From Oscillospiraceae bacterium (GTDB lineage Bacteria > Bacillota > Clostridia > Oscillospirales > Oscillospiraceae): DNA of 64,000 nt. A model generated the notes under the pieces. That model saw only the letters and a list, made by a program, of their open reading frames with translations, had not been told where the DNA came from and did no database searches. The stretch is from positions 12,130-76,129 of the forward strand of contig JAFVCD010000036.1 in NCBI GenBank assembly GCA_017479425.1. Reading direction: 5' to 3'. Positions 58,699-64,000 of this stretch are shown piece after piece (position 1 is the stretch's first letter; each line of letters begins with the position of its first letter). Both the position numbers and the translations under genes were made by a program.

Positions 58699-58728
58699 GT
58701 TATAAACTTTATAAGGAGGCCGATACCC

Positions 58729-60222
58729 ATGGACAAGTTAAATTATCAGGTTCTTAAAGACTCCGGTTATGACGGATATATCCTTGAATCCGCGCCCGAA
58801 AAGGTTCTCCAGTTCGGCGAGGGCAACTTCCTTCGCGCATTTGTAAACTACTGGTTCGACGTTTCCAACGAGAAGGCGGGATGGAACGGCAAGTGCGTTC
58901 TCGTTCAGCCCATTGCCGGAGGCCTCGCTCAGTTTATAAACGATCAGGAGGGTCTTTACACCCTTTACCTCCGCGGTATGGAAAACGGTGAGAAGGTCGA
59001 CCGCAAGAGAGTTATCTCCTCCGTCTCCCGCTGCCTCAATCCGTACGATTCCGCAGATCTCGAGGAGATGTACAAGGTCGCAGTTTCCGATGATCTCGAG
59101 TATGTAGTCTCCAACACCACCGAGGCCGGCATCGTCTACGATCCCGCCTGCAAGCTTAATGACAAGCCCGCTTCCTCCTTCCCCGGCAAGCTCACCCAGG
59201 TGCTCTACAAGCGCTGGAAGGCCGGCAAATCCGGTCTTGTGATCCTCTCCTGCGAGCTTATCGACAACAACGGCAAGGAGCTTCTCAAGTGCGTCAATCA
59301 GTACGCCGATCAGTGGGCTCTTGAGGAAGGCTTCAAGAAGTACATTAACGAGGACTGCACCTTCTGCTCCACCCTCGTTGACCGCATCGTTCCCGGCCGC
59401 ATCCGCGATCCGAAGGAGGTACAGCGCCTTGAGGACGAAAACGGCTACTCCGATCCCCTTACCGACGTCGGTGAGGTATTCGGCGTATGGAACATTGAGG
59501 GTCCGGCGTGGCTTGAGGACAAGCTTCCGTTCAAGAAGGCCGGTCTTAACTGCCCGGTAGTCCCCGACGTCACCCCCTACAAGAAGCGCAAGGTCCGCAT
59601 CCTCAACGGCGCACACACCGGCTTCGTTCTCGGAGCTTATCTCGGCGGCTACGATATCGTTCGCGACTGTATGCACGATGATACCATCCGCGGCTACATG
59701 AACAAAATGCTCTATGATGAGGTCATCCCGACTCTCCCGCTCGACAAAGCCGACCTCGAGTCCTTCGCTGCGGCTGTTCAGGATCGCTTCAATAACCCCT
59801 TCGTCAATCACGAGCTCATGAGCATCTCCCTTAACTCCACCTCCAAGTGGCGTGCAAGAAATATGCCGAGCTTCCTCGAGTATGTTGAGCTGAAGGGCGA
59901 GCTTCCCAAGTGCCTCACTATGAGCTTCGCCGCATATATCGCCTTCTACTCCAACGATATTCAGGGCCTCAGTGACACCGGACTTGTCTGCCGCCGTCCC
60001 GCCGGCAACACCTACGTTGTCAAAGACGATCGCTGGGTGCTTGAGTTCTACGATGAGCACAAGGAGGACTCCGTCGAGGATCTCGTACACGCCGTCATGA
60101 CCGACGAGCGTATGTGGGGTCAGGATCTCACCGCCGTTCCCGGCTTCGAGGCAGCTACCGTCGCAAACCTCAAGCTCATCCGTGAGGAAGGCGCTGTCGC
60201 AGCCTACAAGACCTGCCTTTAA
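58729..60222 (+). CDS. uxaB: tagaturonate reductase (altronate oxidoreductase)
   Basis: Colinear with E. coli UxaB: QFGEGNFLRAF, SNTTEAGI, CELIDNNG, FCSTLVDRIVPG, RILNGAHT. Confidence 0.9.
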   Translation: MDKLNYQVLKDSGYDGYILESAPEKVLQFGEGNFLRAFVNYWFDVSNEKAGWNGKCVLVQPIAGGLAQFINDQEGLYTLYLRGMENGEKVDRKRVISSVSRCLNPYDSADLEEMYKVAVSDDLEYVVSNTTEAGIVYDPACKLNDKPASSFPGKLTQVLYKRWKAGKSGLVILSCELIDNNGKELLKCVNQYADQWALEEGFKKYINEDCTFCSTLVDRIVPGRIRDPKEVQRLEDENGYSDPLTDVGEVFGVWNIEGPAWLEDKLPFKKAGLNCPVVPDVTPYKKRKVRILNGAHTGFVLGAYLGGYDIVRDCMHDDTIRGYMNKMLYDEVIPTLPLDKADLESFAAAVQDRFNNPFVNHELMSISLNSTSKWRARNMPSFLEYVELKGELPKCLTMSFAAYIAFYSNDIQGLSDTGLVCRRPAGNTYVVKDDRWVLEFYDEHKEDSVEDLVHAVMTDERMWGQDLTAVPGFEAATVANLKLIREEGAVAAYKTCL

Positions 60223-60237
60223 TCTGCTGATCGCATA

Positions 60238-60272
60238 ATAAATCTCCGGCTGAAAAAGCCGGAGATTTTGTT
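60238..60272. terminator. bidirectional terminator between uxaB and the esterase gene
   Basis: atctccggct-gaaaa-agccggagat followed by tttgtt. Confidence 0.7.
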
Positions 60273-61050
60273 ATTTCTGGAAGTTAAATTGATTATCGAG
60301 CCAGGTTTTGCACAGCCCGACCCACGGTGCGATCGCCGGGTACGGAGTCTGCACGTCGACGGTGCACGTGGAAATTCCGTGCTTTCCGCCGTCAAAGATG
60401 TGGCACTCGTAGGGGATTTTCTGCTTTTGCAGCTCAGTAACGAGCAGGAGCGTGTTTTCAACCGGCACGCTCTCGTCCTCTCGCGCGTGCCAGATAAAGG
60501 TCGGCGGGAAGTCAGGCGTCACGCGGTTAGGAATATCCAAAGCGTTCCTCATAACCTCGTCGCCGCCGGTTACCCACTCTATGCTCTCCTCGTGGCGGAA
60601 TTCGCCGGCAGAGAGTACGGGATAGCACAAAACGAGCGCATTAGGGCGTGATTTCTCGCCAAGTCCGACAGTCGCATCGTTCCAAAGCGCGCCGAGCGAC
60701 GCCGCGAGATGGCCGCCTGCCGAAAAACCGAGGACTGCAATTTTGGTCGGGTCGATAAAAAGCTCCTCCGCCCTCTCGCGCAGTATTTTTACGCACTCTC
60801 CGAGCTCCCGTAGCGGCTGATAATTCTTCGCACTCTCACCCACCGAGTAGTCGATGAGGAACACGTTATAACCCTCGGAAAGAAATTCGAGCACCGGCGC
60901 GTCCTTCTCTCTCGGGCTCTTCCAGCGATACGCGCCTCCGGCGCAGATAACGATCGCGGGGCGGTACTTATGCTCTGCTTGCGTCGGGTAATCTTCGCGG
61001 ATATAGCACTTAACGTCGGCTTCAAGTGCCGAAAAATGCTCAATATTCAT
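60271..61050 (-). CDS. alpha/beta-hydrolase esterase
   Basis: Nucleophile elbow GFSAGGHLA. HGxxD-type C-terminal His region (IFDGGKHG). Confidence 0.8.
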   Translation of the reverse strand: MNIEHFSALEADVKCYIREDYPTQAEHKYRPAIVICAGGAYRWKSPREKDAPVLEFLSEGYNVFLIDYSVGESAKNYQPLRELGECVKILRERAEELFIDPTKIAVLGFSAGGHLAASLGALWNDATVGLGEKSRPNALVLCYPVLSAGEFRHEESIEWVTGGDEVMRNALDIPNRVTPDFPPTFIWHAREDESVPVENTLLLVTELQKQKIPYECHIFDGGKHGISTCTVDVQTPYPAIAPWVGLCKTWLDNQFNFQK

Positions 61051-61117
61051 AGTTTTTGCCTCTTTTTATGAGAATACGGGCGGTCATAAAGACCGCCCGT
61101 TTGTATTTCGGGTCTGA

Positions 61118-61915
61118 TTACGGCTGCTTGCCGATATAGGCAAGGATACCGCCGTCAACGTAGAGGATGTGACCGTTTACGAAGTTCGACGCATCGGAGG
61201 CGAGGAACACTGCCGGACCCTGAAGATCCTCGGGAGTACCCCAGCGGGCAGCCGGAGTCTTGGCGACGATGAACTGATCGAAGGGATGGCGGCTGCCGTC
61301 CGGCTGGCGCTCACGAAGCGGAGCGGTCTGCGGGGTGGCGATGTAGCCGGGTCCGATGCCGTTGCACTGGATGTTGTACTCGCCGTACTCAGAGCAGATG
61401 TTCTTGGTGAGCATCTTGAGTCCGCCCTTGGCGGCGGCATAGGCGGAGACGGTCTCTCTGCCGAGCTCGCTCATCATGGAGCAGATGTTGATGATCTTGC
61501 CGTGTCCCTTGGCGATCATTCCGGGAATGACAGCCTTGGCGCAGATAAACGGCGCGTCAAGGTCAACGTCAACGACCTTGCGGAAGTCCGCCGCGCTCAT
61601 CTCGGTCATAGGAATACGCTTGATGATGCCGGCGTTGTTGACGAGAATATCGACGCCGCCGAACTCGGCCTCAATCTTCTTTACAAGCTCCTGAACCTGC
61701 TCCTCGTCGGTAACGTCGCAGAGGTAGCCGTGAGCGTCAATTCCGCGCTCCTTGTACGCGGCAAGGCCGCTTTCGAGATGCGCGGGGGTGAGATCGTTGA
61801 AAATAATCTTAGCTCCGGCATCAGCAAGAGCCGTAGCAATCGCAAAACCGATACCGTAGCTGGCGCCGGTGACCCATGCAACTCTGCCGTCAAGTCTGAA
61901 AGAATCGTTAATCAT
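61118..61915 (-). CDS. kduD: SDR oxidoreductase of the gluconate 5-dehydrogenase / KduD type
   Basis: TGASYGIG, NNAG, S...YAAAK catalytic triad. Close colinearity with E. coli IdnO/KduD. AAGGAGA lies upstream of ATG 61915, and the ORF-track N-terminal extension is rejected. Confidence 0.85.
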   Translation of the reverse strand: MINDSFRLDGRVAWVTGASYGIGFAIATALADAGAKIIFNDLTPAHLESGLAAYKERGIDAHGYLCDVTDEEQVQELVKKIEAEFGGVDILVNNAGIIKRIPMTEMSAADFRKVVDVDLDAPFICAKAVIPGMIAKGHGKIINICSMMSELGRETVSAYAAAKGGLKMLTKNICSEYGEYNIQCNGIGPGYIATPQTAPLRERQPDGSRHPFDQFIVAKTPAARWGTPEDLQGPAVFLASDASNFVNGHILYVDGGILAYIGKQP

Positions 61916-61934
61916 ATCGTTTTCTCCTTTTCGA

Positions 61935-62888
61935 TTATTTCTGCAAAAGATGTACTGCAAAGCCGCCGAACTCATCCTTGAGATAGATGGCGTTGAGGCG
62001 GGTGCCCTTGTACTTGGCGGTGTCCATATCGACGACAAAGCCGCGCTTCTCCAGCTCCATCATAGCCATGGGAATGGAGTTGGTGCGGACGGCGATGTGG
62101 CCGTTCTTGCCGAGATAATTGGTCTTCATGACCTCGATCGGGCCGGAGAAGGTGGAGGAATTGCCCTCCTTTACGCCGAAATCAAACGCGGCGTTGAACT
62201 TCTCTGCAACCTCAACGGAGGCGTCGCGATCCGGCTCGTTGATGCCGATGTGGGCAAGCTCGAAGCCGAGTGCCGCTGCTCTTGCGTCGAGGCAGAGCTT
62301 GGTGATCTTATCCCAGTTGCCGGCGTCGATGTCGGCCTTCGGGCAGATCCAGCTGCCGCCGACAGCGTGAATGAACGGAGCGGCGATGAATTCGCCGACG
62401 TTATCCTGAGCTACGCCGCCCGTGGGCATAAACTTCAGACCGACAAACGGAGCTGAGAGGCTCTTGAGCGCCTTGAGTCCGCCGTAGACGTTTGCCGGGA
62501 AGAACTTAACGACCTTCAGGCCGTGCTTGAGTGCCAGCATGATCTCGGTGGGGGTTACGCAGCCGGGGCATACGGGAATATCATTCTCGCAGCACCACGT
62601 AACGGTCTCCTCGTCATAGCCCGGAGCTACGATAAACTTCGCGCCCATCTTGACGGCGAGCTTCGCCTGATCGAGGTTGAGAACTGTGCCTGCGCCGACG
62701 AGCATATCGGGGCAGTTATCGGCAACAGCCTTAATTGCGTCAGCAGCGGCGGCGGTGCGGAAGGTGATCTCCATAGCGTCGATGCCGCCCTTGAGCATAG
62801 CCTCTGCGCAGGGGACAGCGTTATCCGCGGATTCAAGAACGACTACCGGAACGATGCCGGCGCGCTGAAATCTTTCAAGTGCAGTCAT
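61935..62888 (-). CDS. eda: KDPG/KHG aldolase (Eda) fused to a ~100-aa VOC/glyoxalase-like C-terminal domain
   Basis: Eda motifs: IVPVVVL, EITFRT, GAGTV, KFFPA, PTGGV. An extra C-terminal segment follows: ELAHIGIN...GHIAVRT...FAVHLLQK. Confidence 0.85.
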   Translation of the reverse strand: MTALERFQRAGIVPVVVLESADNAVPCAEAMLKGGIDAMEITFRTAAAADAIKAVADNCPDMLVGAGTVLNLDQAKLAVKMGAKFIVAPGYDEETVTWCCENDIPVCPGCVTPTEIMLALKHGLKVVKFFPANVYGGLKALKSLSAPFVGLKFMPTGGVAQDNVGEFIAAPFIHAVGGSWICPKADIDAGNWDKITKLCLDARAAALGFELAHIGINEPDRDASVEVAEKFNAAFDFGVKEGNSSTFSGPIEVMKTNYLGKNGHIAVRTNSIPMAMMELEKRGFVVDMDTAKYKGTRLNAIYLKDEFGGFAVHLLQK

Positions 62889-62906
62889 TGTTAATCTCCT
62901 TTAAGA

Positions 62907-63749
62907 TTATTTAAGCTCGGTGGGAACGAGGTTGTCCATATCGTCGAACGCCTGGTTCTCGCCGCCCATCGCCCAGATGAAGGTGTAGTTTGAGGTGCCG
63001 CAGCCGCAGTGGATTGACCAGGAGGGGCTGATAACGGCGTCAAAGTTCTTCATAACGAGGTTCTTCGTCTCATTCGGGCGACCCATAAAGTGCATAACGA
63101 TGTCATTCTCGGGCAGCTCGAAGTAGGTATAGACCTCCATGCGGCGCTCATGTGTATGGCAGGGCATGGAATTCCAGACAGAACCGGGAGCAAGCTGGGT
63201 AAGACCCATGGAGAGCTGGCAGGTCGGAAGAACATCAGGGTGGATGAACTGGTTTATGACGCGCTTATTGGAGTTTGCCTCAGAGCCGGTTGGACGGTGA
63301 TTAGCCTTCTCCATGGAGAGGAAGGTTGTCTTATAAGCGCAGTGCGCGGGCGTGGAGGCGAGGTAGAACATCGCGGGCTTCTCCTTGTCGAAGGAGCCGA
63401 ACTTGACCTCCTTTGTGCCCTTGGTGATATAGAGGCAGTCCTCATAGCCAAGCTCAAAGCGCTCGCCGTCCGCCTCAATAAAGCCCTTGCCGCCGAGGTT
63501 GAAAACTCCGGCCTCGCGGCGCTCGAGGAAGTAATTGGTTCCGAAGTTATGCCAGACGTCTATTCCCTTGTCGATGGGAACAACCTCGTTTACGGGCATG
63601 ATTCCCATGATGACCATACGGTCAACATGGGAGTATGTAGCCTTAACTGTATCAGCAACGTAAAGGTCTGTTATAAGGAACTCATTGCGAAGCTCCTCAG
63701 TTGTGTATCTCGCAACATCCTTCGGATGTGCGGAATAACGAATATCCAT
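62907..63749 (-). CDS. kduI: 5-dehydro-4-deoxy-D-glucuronate isomerase
   Basis: Colinear with E. coli KduI: CQLSMGLT.LAPG..WN.MPCHTHERRMEVY, AVISPSWSIH, FIW.M.GENQ.FDDMD. Confidence 0.93.
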   Translation of the reverse strand: MDIRYSAHPKDVARYTTEELRNEFLITDLYVADTVKATYSHVDRMVIMGIMPVNEVVPIDKGIDVWHNFGTNYFLERREAGVFNLGGKGFIEADGERFELGYEDCLYITKGTKEVKFGSFDKEKPAMFYLASTPAHCAYKTTFLSMEKANHRPTGSEANSNKRVINQFIHPDVLPTCQLSMGLTQLAPGSVWNSMPCHTHERRMEVYTYFELPENDIVMHFMGRPNETKNLVMKNFDAVISPSWSIHCGCGTSNYTFIWAMGGENQAFDDMDNLVPTELK

Positions 63750-63759
63750 AGAAATCTCC

Positions 63760-64000
63760 TTATTTAATGACTAATTCGGTCTCGCCGTCGAAGAGGTAGA
63801 CGTTCTCATAAGGAATGGAGAAGGTGATCTTGCTGTCAACCTCAGGAGTGTCATGCGGGTCGATCTTGAGGATCGCGGGAACCTCGCCGATGTTGATGTA
63901 GACGTTGGTGTTATCGCCGAGCATCTCGGTAAGCTCAACGGTGGTGGGAACCTCGTATGCGTTAGCGACCTTGCCGAGCTTCGCGTGCTCGGGACGGAAG
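63760..64000 (-). CDS. sugar ABC transporter ATP-binding protein, C-terminal (TOBE-like) fragment; 5' end outside window
   Basis: My own minus-strand translation is ...FRPEHAKLGKVANAYEVPTTVELTEMLGDNTNVYINIGEVPAILKIDPHDTPEVDSKITFSIPYENVYLFDGETELVIK*. Stop TAA (tta) is at 63760-63762. The ORF is absent from the track because no Met start lies inside the window. Confidence 0.7.
   Translation of the reverse strand, partial: FRPEHAKLGKVANAYEVPTTVELTEMLGDNTNVYINIGEVPAILKIDPHDTPEVDSKITFSIPYENVYLFDGETELVIK

Noticed and set aside
58699-58716. AT-only inverted repeat TTATAAA-C-TTTATAA just downstream of the uxaB -10 element, as a candidate operator.
   Set aside because: - It is composed solely of A and T in an AT-rich promoter.
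- It does not match any hexuronate-regulator operator consensus that I can recall with confidence.
- I kept it only as a note.

Overview
This is a GC-rich chromosomal segment with AT-rich intergenic regions. Gene content and synteny suggest a Clostridia-type Firmicute, which is an inference. I support about 57 protein-coding genes and found no rRNA, tRNA or CRISPR array.

Gene content from left to right:
- hypA, then an ECF S-component and a NUDIX gene.
- A domain-permuted, membrane-anchored GH3 glycosidase with a divergent LytTR/AgrC-like two-component pair.
- A housekeeping operon: recJ-relA-dtd-MBL-hemZ-nucleoside kinase.
- ldcA-birA and a fused U32-family protein.
- A cell-shape/division block: maf-mreC-mreD-PBP2-minD-mgsA-like.
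- hisS-aspS.
- Two paralogous 'expanded' Opp/Dpp-type ABC importers (30.4-47.9 kb).
- A CUT1-type sugar ABC operon that ends in an unusual tandem-duplicated lipoprotein.
- A tightly coupled REC-GGDEF(degenerate)-EAL / Hpt / FRG operon.
- A CDF transporter.
- A hexuronate/pectin catabolic cluster: uxaB, esterase, kduD-like, eda fusion, kduI and an ABC ATPase.

The most unusual signal is non-coding. It is a roughly 162-bp highly structured repeat family with three full copies and one miniature relic. Each full copy abuts a Rho-independent terminator, and two copies are flanked by a direct duplication of the entire terminator hairpin.

Other points worth follow-up:
- The large insertions in the Opp-type ATPases and permeases sit at different positions in the two paralogous systems.
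- The FRG protein is translationally coupled to a c-di-GMP/phosphorelay pair.
- A four-module OB-like lipoprotein closes the sugar ABC operon.
- The MgsA homologue lacks the catalytic residues.

All functional calls rest on my recognition of motifs in the supplied translations. No database search was run.
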